From assembly GCF_009914755.1 (NCBI RefSeq), contig NC_060935.1: a stretch of 64,000 bases of DNA. One strand, given 5' to 3'. The notes under the pieces were generated by a model that saw nothing but the letters and a program-made list of their open reading frames with translations, was not told the origin of the DNA and ran no database searches. The position numbers and the translations under genes are program-made. Source of the DNA: the human T2T-CHM13v2.0 reference genome, Homo sapiens. Below are positions 37,842-55,679 of the stretch, piece by piece. Each line of letters opens with the position of its first letter. The stretch's first letter is position 1.

Positions 37842-40800
37842 TTATGCCCCTGAGCCCAGTCATTACTATTCCAGAAATCCAACCCCAGGAAATATTCCAA
37901 AATGGGAACCAAGATGTACGCAGAAAGATGTTCAAAGCAGCATTATTTACAACAGAAAATCATGAGAAGCAATTTAAAGATTCCACACCCTGGCTCCCAC
38001 AGACATTATGTAACCATTAACAATAATGTGTTTGCACAGGTTTTGATGACATGGGAAATGCTTGTGATGTAATGTGAAGCCAAGAAAATTTAATGGTAAA
38101 CAACATGATCTCATGAAGTTTTTTTAAAGGAATGGCAACAACTGTAGGACTGCTTGCATGCCACCCTCCTCACTCCCACGTGCTATGGAATTGCTGTAGA
38201 GTTGTGTTTTCCTCCTTCTTTATGCTTTTCTATATTTCCATATGGAAAATTTCCATATTTTCTCCATTGGGGATGCGTTATTTATAATTAGAAAAAAAAG
38301 AAGAAATATACAGAAGGGACAGGAAGAGCTCCGCAGGAAAAGGCGAAGGGAGCTCCTGCTACACCGACTCCTTGGGTGGGAGGACTTGGCTATGTGTCTC
38401 CCAGGAGCCTAGCACCCTCCCCCTCCTCACCTGCTGGCCTGCCTATAGGTGAGCAGCCTCACAGCTGGCAGCAGCCCACTGGCACCGAGATTCTCAAACC
38501 TCCAGGGCAGTTTCAAGCTTTTTCCAGGGAGCCCCAGTCCTTTCCTCCCACCTGGGTGGGTTTACCCTGCGACCACAGGGGCACTTACCCGTGGTTTGTG
38601 GGTAAACAGGTCATTTTTGTTGCTCTCCTCCCCTGTCCACACCACACTCACTCCCCACTGCCTTTTCCATGCAAAGAAAGAGATTTCCTCAGAAGATATG
38701 CCAAAGGCCGGTCACCTCCAGAGCCTCTGGAAGGCTGCACCCTGCCCCACAGCGTGGCCACCAAGTGTCTGCTTAGCTCAGGCAGGAAAATGATGGAGTG
38801 CTGACATGTTGCCGCCCCCTCGGCGGCCCCTCTCACATACATTCTTGCATTGGATCCTCATTTTTTCTTGGTGGGTAAAGGATTCCTTAGCAGTCCCACT
38901 CCACCAAGAGCCGGAGGCTGTGGGCAGCGGGGGGCACAGGAATGCCTCCGTGAGTCCTTGTGTCCCTCAGAGGGAAGCGAAAGCAGGCCTAGACTTGAGG
39001 CCAAGAGGACTGTCCCCGGGGCACGGGAGCTCTTTGGGTGGCAGCATGCCAGGCAGATGTTTATGGAAGGGAAAAGATCAGGGCTCTTCGGCTGAAGTCA
39101 GAGCAGGGAAAAGTGGAACAGAGAGTAGCCTCCTCTGGGGCACAGCCCAGCGCAGGCCCACAGTCCACTGGCCGGGGGCTGCCCCAGCTCCATGGTTTGG
39201 GCACCTCTGAGGCCCCAGCTTTCACATCTGTAAAACGGGGTTCCACCAGCCCACCCTAAGCAGGTCATCCTGGGGGTCGACTGAGACAGTACAGCTAAAG
39301 CGCCATGCCTGGGTGACAAACATCAGCTGCTGTCACTATCTTCCCAACTCCCTCCCCTCCCAGATGAACAGAGGGCCAGGGAGGAAGCCCCCGGCCCCAC
39401 ACAGCTGGAAGGCCCACACACTTGCGCCCTCCCACTCGCACCATGATGCAGCTCCATGCTGACCTCCCCACAGGCCAGGCCGTCCTGGGGTGAAGGCAGC
39501 ACAGGCAGCCCACCCACCAAGCCAGGCTGACCATGCACCCAATGCTTAGCAGAGTTCACTGCATAGGGGAGCCAGCAGGTGTGATGCCCACATACACTTG
39601 GAGCAAACACACAGGCCCGAGGACACCACGTGCTTTTGCCAATGCAGAAACCTGTCCCCAACATTCCTCTGCAAAGGAAGACCCACCCCAAACAAAAGTA
39701 GTTGGGAGTGTCAGGTGTTGCAGAGAGGGGGGCACCTGTCCCAGAGCACTCACCCTGTACCGGCCTTCAGTGCACAGAGGAGGGTGTCTGAGGAGCCACA
39801 GACAGCTGCTCTTCTGCCTGAGGTTACTGGCCCAGAATACAAAGTTCCCCAACACAAGGCTGCTGGAGGCCTGGGCTGCAATCAGGGGAAGGGGCAGCAG
39901 TGAGCCTAGAGGCTGTGAACCTGAGGCCTAGAAGCTGGCATGGGCCGCTGGCTGCAGGGAGGCGGGAGGTTGGGTCACGCAGAGAGTAGCTGATCCACAG
40001 CCCACAGCCTGCTCCCTCGGCCCCCTAGGGACCTGGCAAGATGATGAGGGAGGTGGTCTGAGACAGGAGGCAGTCAGAGACGGGAGGGCAGGTTTCTGTG
40101 ATGGATTTGGGATGTGCTGCCGAGTGAGGCGGAAGACACGGAAATGTTGGCCAGCAGGCAGTGTGGGGCTGGGGAAGGCTGTCAGGAGCTGCTGTGAATG
40201 ACGGAGGGTGAGGGCTGCACTGCTCCTTAGAACCTAGGCATGGCCCTGAAACTAAGCTCACCGCTGTGGTCACACAAGACCCCCACCACCAACCTGTCTC
40301 TCCCTGACCCGCACACAATGCCAGGCACGGATGGGGCCCAACAGACATAAAGATGAACTGAAACACCACTGCATTCCCAGGGCGCCTGCACCCTTCCTAG
40401 AACTTGGTTAACCCAGTTTTTCCTTATCGAATGGCACTGCCTTCCCAGATCTGAAACCCAGGCCTTTCCAGAATCAACATCGGCTGGGAGAAACCGCACT
40501 GTAAGATGGGCGTGGCCCCCTCACACCACCCTCTCTCCAGGAAGCAGGGTCTTCAAGGTTATGGTGGAATAAGCCGACTCTGGGTATGCTGAGCTTGAGG
40601 GGTCTGGGATGGTTCAAAGGGAGGAGCTGGGTGGGCAGACTCCCCCTGCTCCCCAATACTAGACCATTCCCCAAAGCCGAAGGGAGCAGGGGCCTCTGCA
40701 CAGCACTTGGGGTATAGAAGAAGGAACCCCTGCAGCTGGAGGCACCTATGGTGACCCTCGGAAGTGGCAGCAGAGGGTGGGAGACGGCCTTCCTGAGACC

Positions 40801-41052
40801 CCCAGAAGCCTTGCCTCTGGTATTAATGACACTCCCGGTCCTCAGGCTGTACGAAACCAAGCCCAGACACTGGAGTATGCCAGCCTTTCAGCTCACAATG
40901 GCACATTCCCAGCAAGTGCCACCAGTCTGCAGCCCTTCTGGCTGGCACCATTCCAGGCACTTCCTGCCATCTTCACAGCACGGCACAGAATAGGCGATGG
41001 CCAGGCACAGGAAGCAGGGGGCAGCAATGGCTGGGGCCAGGCTCCCTCTGCG

Positions 41053-41091
41053 GTCCCATGCTGCAGTCCCATGCTGCAGTCCCATGCTGCA
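41053..41091 (+). repeat. Perfect 13-bp tandem repeat (gtcccatgctgca)x3
   Basis: Units at 41053, 41066 and 41079. Confidence 0.95.
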
Positions 41092-44086
41092 CCCTGCTTT
41101 TGGGTATTTGGTTGGTGGATGGCAATCAAGAAGTTCTCAAGGTTGTCAAGTTTGGCTGAGAAGCTTCCCTGGAAATGCAGAGGGCTTTACTAACAGAACC
41201 CACAGAGCCGTTTCCTGCTCCCTCGAGCTGAGCCGCAACTCTTCAAGGGAGGCTGCTAGAGCCCCAGGTGTGAAGGGCATTCTGGGATGCTGCCAGGGCC
41301 AGCAACCAGCTCAGGTTACAGTTACACGCCTCGGGGGATGCCACTGTCTTGCTTGCTCCTGGTGATACACACAAGCAAAGCTCTCCCTTTCTGACCTCAG
41401 AAATGGGGAAACAGTAGTGAGTGAGTGAGAGAAAAGCAACCACCATCACCCAAAGATCCTTCACCCTGTTTTCCTCTCCAGAGAGCTGACAGCCCAGAGA
41501 CCCACTTGCTATTTTCTGCAAATGCCAGCTGACAGATCCCTTTTCTTGGCCTCGGGTTGTGCATAAGAGACCAAGAAATAAGACAGCTTTGACTGTCACT
41601 TGGGACGTGTAAATAACTCCTTGCAAGCAAGAATGAGCCACAGTGAAGCCAGTAGTGTGTGGGGCACCTGCTTCCTCCCCTGCTGCCTCTCGGGTGACTC
41701 CACAGCTTCCATTTCCCTCCCAGCTTCAGCTTCAGATCAATAACTCAGCATTCCCCTTCCAGAAGGGAGTCAGGAAGGCACCTACGACGACCTGCAGGCT
41801 GAGGCAGGGCGAGGGCCTGGCCGTCACCTGCCCCGCTCCTGACAGAGCTGCCGCTTCCATAGCACACAACACATACTCACTGAGCTCCACCTGGTGCCCG
41901 GCCAGTGCCAGTGGAGGAGGGCACAATGGTGGGCAGTGACCCCAGCAGAGCCTTGCTCCTTGCCAGGCAGGGGCCACTGTGGCTCTTCACGCAGACTCAC
42001 TCAGTAACCCTCACAGCCCCTCATCACCTCCCTGTACAGGTAAGGGACCAGGTGCAGTGGGATTAAGTGACACACCCAGGCCACCAGCAGAGCCGGCCTG
42101 GAGCCCGCTTCATATGGCCCCCTCCAGAGCAGGAGCTCGGACCCATCAGAGTTGGCCTATGGACTCTTCACTCAACTAAAGGAGTAAGTCACGGCTTTCA
42201 TCAGGAGCACAGTGTGACAGGCACTTGGAAACCAAAATACCAAAACCAAAAACCCCACTTCTGATAAAACTGTCACTGGCCTGGCCTCCAGCAGGGCCAC
42301 CAGTGGCACTCAGAGCTTCCCAACGAGAGCTGACGAACAATGTCAGCAGTCACATGTCCCAGATAAGCCAAGGCAGTTTCAATTTGTCTAATAAATCATC
42401 AAAATGTCCCTGAAATCCCGCTACTTCAGACCTGAACTACATCTCCCAGGATGCCTCTTGCAACCAGAAGGAGCACAGAATCCTGCTGTCAGGCCATCAT
42501 CCCCCAAGTTTTGTTCCAGACAACAACGTGGCCCCAGTGCTCAGCAGCCTTTCTGGGGACCAGGGCAGGGCGCCACCTAAGAGCTGCTGCAGCTGAGGCC
42601 CCACATCGCTTCGTCCTACATATTCCTGTCCTCACAGAGCGTCTCCTGCAGCCTCAGAGGGCAGCAGTGGGCAAGAGGCCGCAGAGGAAGGGAAAGACCA
42701 GGCCCTGCTTCAGGGGCGGGTGGCCAGCAAGTTGGTTCTGAAAGCCCAGCAGAGCACCTGGGTCCCTCAGCAAATCCTCAGAGGTGTGCTGGAGAGCAGC
42801 AGAGGGCAGAGAAGAAAGAAGTGTGGTTCAGAAACAGGCCCCAGGAACCTCCGAACCAACAAAGCTCTACACACCTACTTCCTATGGGCCCAGCTGCCCC
42901 CAGCACCAGCACCCGCACCAGGCTGTGCCCCTAGCCCCAGCTGGGCTCCACAGCTGCCAGTGAAAGCAGGTCAGAACCAGAAAGAAAGAGCTCTTGGCAG
43001 AGCACTCGGGGCTGCGGCGGTGGCAGCTCTGACGGATGGGGCCGCTCTCCCCAGGAGGCTCTGCTCTAAACATGTCCGACGGGCCCCAGGGCTGGCAGCC
43101 AAGAGGGACAGATGAAAGAACGACTCCACCTGGCTCTCAGGGCTGCCACGGCTGATATCAAAGCACCCAAGAGAGGACAGACTGAGGCTGAGATTTCTGG
43201 GCAGGGGGGGCAGAAGGGAGGACGCTGGAAACAATGCAGGTGACAGACACAGAAGACAGGAGAGAGACAATACCAAAGACGGAAACAGACACAGCACGGG
43301 TGCTCGCCGAGGCTCAGCTGTCCGGGCTCTGGGCCCCCAGGAGCGCCGGCTGCTCCAAGTGGCACTGCGGCGACGAACAGCAGTGAACAGTGCCAGCAGG
43401 GCTCCTCATCGCCCTGGCAACCCTCTATTCAAAGGAGCAGCCGAGGGGGAAAGGGTGGCACCGAGGCGACTGGCGCCATGGTCTCGGGACTTGTGGACTG
43501 GGGGACAAAGGGGGTCTCAGAGAAAGCAGAGTGAGGGGTCCCGAGGGCCTGCAGTGAGGTGGCTGCTCCATCCCAGCCTCACTGGAAAGCAGTGAGAATT
43601 TCAGGGCCAACACTGCCCCCTGGCGCACGAGGAGCCAGCTTCCTGCCGACCCTGCAGCACGGGGTGTGGGCAGGGCTCACATGGGAAGGTCACTTGTCCC
43701 CATTCCTCCACATCCTATAGGAGTAGGCTCAGGAATGCCTTCCCTATATTCCCCGGGCAGCCACCTCCCTCAGCTCTGTCCTTGTCTGTGCCCCACCCAT
43801 CGTCCTGCTCAGGGGGCTCTCCATGAGGTCTCCGTGGCGTCTGTGTCCTCAGCAAAGAGCATTTAATGTTATAAAGATTTGTTGACCCGTCTTGTCTCCT
43901 TTAATAGACACTGTTAGGGCCCTGGGCACAGGATCCCTGGTCTCTTTTGTCCCCACATCTCCCTGGCACTCTGTACAGTGCGTAAGACCAGAACTAAATA
44001 AATGTCTGAGGGAATGAATCAGTGAAGAAATACTTCAGGTCACAATGAGGTTGCAGAGTGGCATGAGGCTGTTAAGATTCACCGTG

Positions 44087-44700
<614 letters not shown>

Positions 44701-45398
44701 TAATCAATTAGTTAAAAAAAAAGATTTACCTAGAAATATTATGGAGCATTCAGATAAAGATTAGTAAGGCTTGGCCCCTCCTGGGAACAGCACACACACA
44801 CTAGTGGGACACACAAATGTCCCATACATATTGATTAGAGCCCAAAGTGATGTTGACAGGACAGAGAGAGGGTCTGAAGGACAAGGTCAGCAAAAAGCAC
44901 CTCCCAGACTAATGCAGAGCGTGCCTGTGCCCCCCACACCCATATGTTGAAACCTTGATCTTGGACTTCCAGCCTCCATAACTGTGAGAAATAAATGTCT
45001 GTTGTTTAAAAGCCACCCAGCCTGTGGTATTTTGTCACTAAAGCCCAAAAGGACTCAGACGCAGCCTGGCAATGGGAACCAGGGAAGCTGAGTTTCAGGG
45101 CTGCGAGGGGCGACAGAGGCTAGGGGCACCAAAGACTCAATTCTAAACAGAACTGGACAATCTTTGCAGGGAGGAAGATGCCAGGACCCAGCAGACACTT
45201 GCAGGTGGCCCAGGACATTTCCCGACCCTCTTCAGGCCACCCCACCCCTGCTGGAGAGCTTCACAGGACCTGCTCCCCACTCAATTCCCCTCGTTCCAAG
45301 ATGACAGGACATGAATGCTGGCTGGATTAGAGAGGGCCTCCCAGAGGCCTTGGGGACTTCGGGACCTGTCAAGCTCAGGACAAGCGGGTGTCACCCGG

Positions 45399-46161
<763 letters not shown>

Positions 46162-48099
46162 CCCAGGTTGCCTACAAATAACCAGATCCTATACAGATCC
46201 TAACACCAGGGGCTGGAGAAGCACAATGATGGTAAAAATACCCCCCTCTCATCCGCACATCCTGATGCAGGCCACAGCGGTGGCTTTCAGAGCATGTCGC
46301 TATTTGGGACTGTGATCAGCTGGCTGGGGCAGGCTGAGTGAGAGGCAGCAGAGATGAGAAGTGAAGGATGATGAGGCGGGCCACGCCTGCGTGGAGAGCA
46401 GGGCAGAGTTAGCAAGATGGCCTGAAGGAAAGACTCCAGGGTGGGAGGAGGAAGGGACGTCCAGAGGGAGAAGAGGGGAGGGAGGGGGGCAGGCAGAGGA
46501 GGGGAGGAGGTCCAGGTGCTGGGGCGGCTGGAGCAAAGGCAGATAAGGCAGGAAGCAAACAGCCTGGCGTGGCCCGCTGAGGCAGGGAGTGCAGGCAGGG
46601 AGAGGAGCCTAAGGGCTGAGCCTGAGACTCAGTCCAGAGCTAGTGGGCCCCACCAGCAGCTTGGGCAGTGTCCTCTATGTCGGGATGCTATGGAAATACC
46701 AGGCAGCAGGGAGACAGATTTGCAACTGAGAGCTCAGGACCACTGTGGCAGCTCTGGGGAAGCTGGATTTGAGAAGGAAAGATGAGAAGTAGAAGGTCAG
46801 CTAGGAAGATGTTCTAATGTGGGCAAGAGACAATGAGGACCTGAACCACGGTGGTGGGAATAGGAATGAAGAGGGACTGTGCCAAGAAATACTTAGGAGG
46901 TGGCATCAACAGCACCCATTAGATGGGAGGCAGAGAGGCAGCAGGGAAGGGTGGCCCTGGGTTTTAAGGTGAACGATGGCAACACCAAATTAAAGAACGC
47001 GAAGCCAATGTGGGTAGAAACAGTGACTCAGCTTTGAACCTGAAGAGTATCCGGCTGGAAAGAACAGACAGCTAGACAGTGAGTCTCCTGTGTAAAGAGT
47101 TCTGAGCTGCAGAGACCTGGGAGTCATCCCAGCCCGCTCCAGAGACGAAGGCAGGAAGGCACGCTGCTAGGATGTGTCAGTGCCACGGTGCACGCCCCTG
47201 GCTTCAGAACCTAGGGTCCTGCCTTTGACCACTGTGCCACAGCGTCTTTCCCAAGATACAAGGCTCCAGCCCCGGCCATCAGGGCTGGCCCAGGAGGTGA
47301 GGCATCACATGGCTGTTGGGGAATGTGTGGAAGGTCCTCTCGGCTCCACAGAGTGCTTACTGGGCTCTTTTCCAGGCAGCGAACTGGAAGCTTCCGTTCC
47401 AGGAACCAGGAGTCCTGCAGCTACTGGTATGCAGTGGGCTCCCCAGGGAGCCCAGTCTCATCTCCCAGCGAGAGGACCAGGGGCCACCAAGCTCCACCCC
47501 AACCCAGACTTGCCAATGGGTGTTGGTGTCTCATTTTTCAGTGTGAACGGTCAGCGAACCACCACCAGATATTTGAGGAAATGACCAAAAAATTCACCAA
47601 AACAAATTGGGATTTTTAAAAAACAGGAACATTGAGGAGAAAAGTAATATAGAGAACAGATACTCAGAAAAACTATAATTTATCTCCTCAGAGAAACAAG
47701 AAAAGCTATTGCATCCATTAAGTAAGAGGCGGCAGCTATTTTAAAAAGGCAACAAGAAAGAGCTCTAGGAAATTAAAAATAGAGTTGCAAAATTTTTAAA
47801 CATAATAAATAGAGAATTAGAAGATAGTTTGGGACATTACCCAGAAAGACTAACATATGGAAAATAGGAGAAAAGATAAGAAAATAAGAGACTCAGTCCA
47901 GCAAGTCCAGCATCCAGCTGCCTGGGACTCCCGGAAGGGGAGACGAGAGAGCCAGGGGCAGGGGAATCCTGCTGGAAAGTCTCCCGGGACTGAAGGACGC
48001 GTATCCATGTGGAAAGGTCTTGGAGCGCCTGGAGTGATGCCAAAAGTCCCACTCAGAAGAAAGATCAGTTTGGGATGCCAAAAGAGACCTCCCACTCTC

Positions 48100-48471
48100 T
48101 TTCAGTTTGGGAGGTCAAAAATCCAACATCACTTTCACAGGCCGAAACCAAGTGAGGGCAGGGCTGCGCCCCTCCGAGGGCCTGCAACGAATCCCTCCCG
48201 AGTCTTTTCCAGCCTCTATGGCTGCCGGGCTCCTTTGCTCGTGGCCACATCACTCCCACCTCTGGCTCTGTCTCCACATCGCCTTCTCCTCAGCATAGGT
48301 CTCTGTCCTCTAAGGACACTTGTGATGGCATTCGGGGCCCACCTGGATGATCCGGGATCACCTTTCCAGGTCAGAATCCTTCATCACATCTGAAAAAGCC
48401 CTTCTTCCTTCTAAGGTAACAACTAGGATTAGGACCTGGGTACCTTTGGAGGCCATCTCCAGCCTACCACA
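48100..48471 (-). mobile_element. MaLR (MLT1-type) LTR fragment within old L1-like sequence (~47640-48600)
   Basis: taaggacacttgtgatggcatt...gggcccacctggatgatcc...agcctaccaca resembles reversed MLT1. Confidence 0.6.
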
Positions 48472-49071
48472 CTTCTGAAGACCAAGGGTCACACACAACT
48501 GTCTTCAGCAGTGACATGGAGTCAGAAGCTTCTGGAGTAATGTCCTCCAATTTTGGAGGGAAAACGCTTCCCAAGCTGGAGTCCTCTATCCAGTTAGACT
48601 ACTAATCCAGTGGGGGTAAAATACCAATCTTTTGAGACACGCCAGGCCTTGGGAGGTGTGCCACCTGTGAGCCTGTCTGCCCAAGAAGCCCAGGGATGGG
48701 CACGAACAAAACAAAGGACTAAATAAACCAAGAATAAGGAAGACAAGGGATCCAGGCACCTGGGCAGCCAGCACAGAGGAGGCAAAGGGAACTCCCACGG
48801 CGATGGGGAGGGAGGCCCAGGTCGCTCGCTGTCCACAGGCCTGGAGACCCGCCAGGCACCTGGACAGCAGCTCCTGGGGATGTGGCCTTAAATAAACAAA
48901 CAAAAAGGCAGATTACCTGGTGTCTCCGAAAGAATGAAGAGGAGATGGCAACGCACAACTTGTCTGGGGATGAACATCAACTCCAGGAAAATGAAAAGTT
49001 AATGCCACCATAGTAGACACTCTGTATTTTCAGATGTGAATATTAACTTAATGTTAACAATGTAAAATCTT

Positions 49072-49950
<879 letters not shown>

Positions 49951-50322
49951 CTCACATGTATTATTTTGATAAAATAAAAGTTAAACTTACCAAAAGGGAA
50001 AAAAAACCACACTCTGCAAACAGGTGCAGTTCCTTTGTGATTCTTCCTAATACCATTCCGGGTCCTTTTCTCCTTTTCTCCCAGGGGGCCCACAATGCAG
50101 AGTTACTACTTCCCCTTTGTTGATTTCACCTGGATATTTGTGTGCCCATAACCATATGTTCTAATTTTTTTCATAAATCATTTATGATTTATAATCATTT
50201 TAACTTGTTTTACCCAATATATATTTGAAATCTCTCCATGTTAATACAGTAGACCTACTTCACGAATGACTGCACAATGTTCTATTAGACATATCGCAAT
50301 CTGTACATGCCGAATGAGGGAC

Positions 50323-50659
50323 TGCTATTGCCTGAATGTTTGTGTCCACACCAAATTCCTATGCTGAAACCCTAACCAATGTGGCAGTGTCAGAAGGTGG
50401 GGCCTCGGGGAGAAGATTAGCGGCTGGTAGCAGAGCCTTCCTGAATGGGATTAGAAGCCTCACAGAAGAGATCAGACAACTCTGTTTCCCCTTTGTCCGT
50501 GAGAACACAGTGATCTATGAACCGGGCAGTGGGCCCTCACCAGACGCTGAATCTGCTGACACTTGATCTTGCACTTTCTGGTCTTTAGGACTGTGAGAAA
50601 TGCATTTCTGCTGTTTAATGAACCTATGGTATTGTGTTATAGCAGCCCAGACTAAGGCA
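50323..50659 (+). mobile_element. MaLR (MST/MLT1A-type) solo LTR
   Basis: tgctat...ctgaatgtttgtgtcc...ccaaattc...gaaaccctaacc ... tatggtatt...ttatagcagcccagactaaggca. Confidence 0.8.
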
Positions 50660-50681
50660 GTGACAAATAGATTGTTTCCCA

Positions 50682-52050
<1,369 letters not shown>

Positions 52051-52849
52051 TAGAAATACAACAGAATGTCTATCTCCCCACATCTTTACCAACTGTTATA
52101 TTGTTAGACTTTGATTTCTGTCAACCTTGTAGTATAAAATGGTATCATTTTAATTTTCAGTCCCCTGATTATTACTGAAGTTGGCTATTTTCTTATGATT
52201 GTGGATATATTTTTAGGTTTTTCCTTTTGTGAACTGCCTGTTCACATCATTTGCCCACTTTTCTGCTGGGCTGGTTGTCTTTTTCTTACTGAGCTGTAAT
52301 AAATCTTTATGTATTCTAGGCATGAATCCATTCTCTGTTATACCCATGGCAGACGCTTGGGAGGATGTTTAGCAAGTTATAGGAAGAGGAAGGGGAAGGA
52401 GTTGAGAGGGAATGACAAGTTGAAGAAGGAAGGATGAGAATAAAAGGTGGGGCGAGTCCGGGAACAAGGCTGCGAGGCTCGGGTGAAAGACTGGCCTTGA
52501 ACTAGATGAAGAACACTTCCCCTGAGACCAGAGTGCCTAAGAGTTCTGGGACAGTCTCAGTTGTAAAACAGCCAGTGCTTGGCCACAGGTGTCACCCAAT
52601 ACACTGACTCAGCCAGGGCCTGGGATGACTAAGAGCTTTTTCAATGTGACTCATCAAGGCTGACAAGCACAGGCATCACGTTCCAGAACGCACAACCAAA
52701 AGGGCAAAGCAACAGTCCAGGCAGGTCAGCCTGTAGAGACAAGACTTCCTACTGACATCCAAGCTACTCGTTTGCCACAGCTGCTCCAAGGATGGCAATA
52801 ATGAGTGCGAGCTGCATCAGAGATGAGAGATTGAACTTTAAGAAAAATG

Positions 52850-53163
<314 letters not shown>

Positions 53164-55025
53164 TTAGTATTAACTGTGAGTGTTTGGTATTCATGTTGGA
53201 TCTGCTGCTGATGATGTGGGGGTGGGTGGAGGGGAGGCAGAGAAGGAAGAATTAGAAGGCCACAGAAGCCCAGGTTGAAGGGCTGGGGCTGCTGCAGTGG
53301 AAATATCTTTTAAGATGCTACTTGGCAAGCATGATTCAACCCTGACAGACCCTTAGAACAAGTCAGACGACCTGAAAGATGAGATTCTGCTGTCCAGCTG
53401 CACCGTGTCAGTGAGGACCCCCACTGTGACCCCAGGGCACGACTCACTCCCACGGGCTTGCCTGACTCCAGCTCTGTGCTATGACATCACGTTGGTAGCC
53501 TGACACGGGCCACAGTGGGCATATTTATGCCACAGAAATTGGCAAACACTATAATCAAGGCCCTTTCCTCACTTCCCTAAGAGCCACTCCTGACAGAGCA
53601 GTGGGTGGCATGCAAATCCCAGAAGGGCCCAGAGACGGGGAGTGAGGGGAGCAGCGTAGACAGAGTCGCTTCTCCACTCTCCCTTTTGCCTACAGAACCC
53701 AAATAAAGAAGGCTCTTTTCTTTTTTACAGACCTGGTGTCCAAGTACTTAATTTGATCAAAACGTGAGGATGAGCTAAGGAAGACAGCAGACAGGCACTC
53801 TATCAATGTCTTAAGGTAGTTCCAATGACATTCTGCAACATGAATTAATCTTTGAGGATATCAACATAAAAATTCTTTTGAGAATCTCATTTAACAACTG
53901 GAAAATTATTCTTTTGTCTTCTAAGGGACTGATTTCTTTACCCCTGCTCTCAACACCTTCTTTCTCTCTCTCCATCAACACAGGCACTTGGAGGTTGAAG
54001 CGTGGGGGTGTAAAATCACGCTTTTTGGTGGACATGGCAAATGCCTATTCTATAGCAGAACTTAGCCCCCGCCCCCTACCCCCTCACTCCCCCTCCCAAA
54101 CTGCACACATACACCAAACCCAACCAGACACCTCCTCCTTCCTTCCTCACCACCCTCTCCCTGGTCACCAAGGGTTAAGCTTAGGGTCTTCTTTAGCTCT
54201 TCCCCTCCCTCACCTACCATCTGGTCAAGAAGTCTGGGCAGTTTTACCTCTTTAATCCCTCACATCCTTCCCTCTTTTCATTTCTAAGAAGAGGACCCTG
54301 AAATGTCCTCTTCTTACTACTTAACTATCGTAAAAACCTCCTACTCATTACCACAGCTCTAGCTACCAATCCACATTAGGTACTAGGGATAGCTAGCATC
54401 CCCAAATACAGGCATGACGGCACTCTTCCTGAAAAGTGGGGTAATTCTCTGACTCCCCACTGTCTGTAGGTGGGAAACTCAAGTCTCCTTGGGGACCTCC
54501 CCCAAAATTAGTGCACCCTGCCTGTCCAGCCTTGTCCCCCCATGCCCCAGCCTCCCGGATTCTCCAGCTGCAGCCCAGCTGCCTCCTCTTTGTTCTCAGA
54601 AATCCTAGCACCTGCCCCTCTCCCTCAGAGCACTCCCTCTACCATTAGAACACCCTTCCCGTCCCAGCTTTTGCCCATGCAAGTCCTGCTCCTGTCTCAG
54701 GTATGCATCTAATTTTTCTCCCTCCCTTATGAAATCCCACTAAGACTTCAGCAAATATATATATATTTTTAAAGCTATGAACCCCCAAGGGCAGAACAGG
54801 AGAGGAGACAACAGCAACATGACTGCAGAAGCTGGAGCGCAGCTCGCGTCAGCTGACCTCACAGCCTGGGTCTGGAGCAGGCTGAGAACACCCGGGTTCC
54901 CACCATCCACCAGGAATCCTCCAAAGGCCAGGGAACTGCAGCTCCAGGCCTCCCACCTCCACAATGGGCTGAACGGGCTGCCGTGTATAAAGAGGGCAGG
55001 CTGAAAGCTTTCAAAAAGCAATCAG

Positions 55026-55330
55026 GGCTGGGCACAGTGGCTCGCACCTGTAATGCCAACACTTTGGGAGGCCAAGGCGGGTGGATCACCTGAGGTCAGG
55101 AGTTCGAGACCAGCCTGGCCAACATGGTGAAACCCCGTATCTACTAAAAATACAAAAATCAGTTGGGCGTGGTGGCATGCACCTGTAGTCCCAGCTACTC
55201 AGGACGCTGAGGCAGGAGAATCACTTGAACCCAGGAGGCGGAAGCTGAAGTGAGCCGAGATTGTGCCATTGCACTCCAGCCTGGGTGACAAGAGTTAAAA
55301 CTCCGTCTCAGGAAAAAAAAAAAAAAAAAA
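55026..55330 (+). mobile_element. AluS element
   Basis: Full consensus with A-tail. Confidence 0.92.
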
Positions 55331-55679
55331 TAGCAGTTAGACCCCTACCTCCCCCATCTCATGCCAGAGACCTCCCCTCTCCAGCCCTGGAAGAACAGAG
55401 GTTTACTTTCTGGGGAGGGAAAAGTGTGGGGTCTCTGGACTGGGAAATTCGAGGCACAGTTGAGGGCCTGGGGACCTTGCCAAAAATGGGGGTGGCAGGT
55501 TACGTGACTCTTTGCATGCTACCCCCTTCCCCAACTGAGCTCCCAGATGTTGACACTGAGGTTCCCCAACAAACAGCCTGCCCAGATCATGTACTGGTAA
55601 ACTCAGAACTGGACCCCCACCTGCTCCAGCTCCCAGGCAGCATTTTAGACCCTCCTAATAATTATGAGTGGGCAACCAA

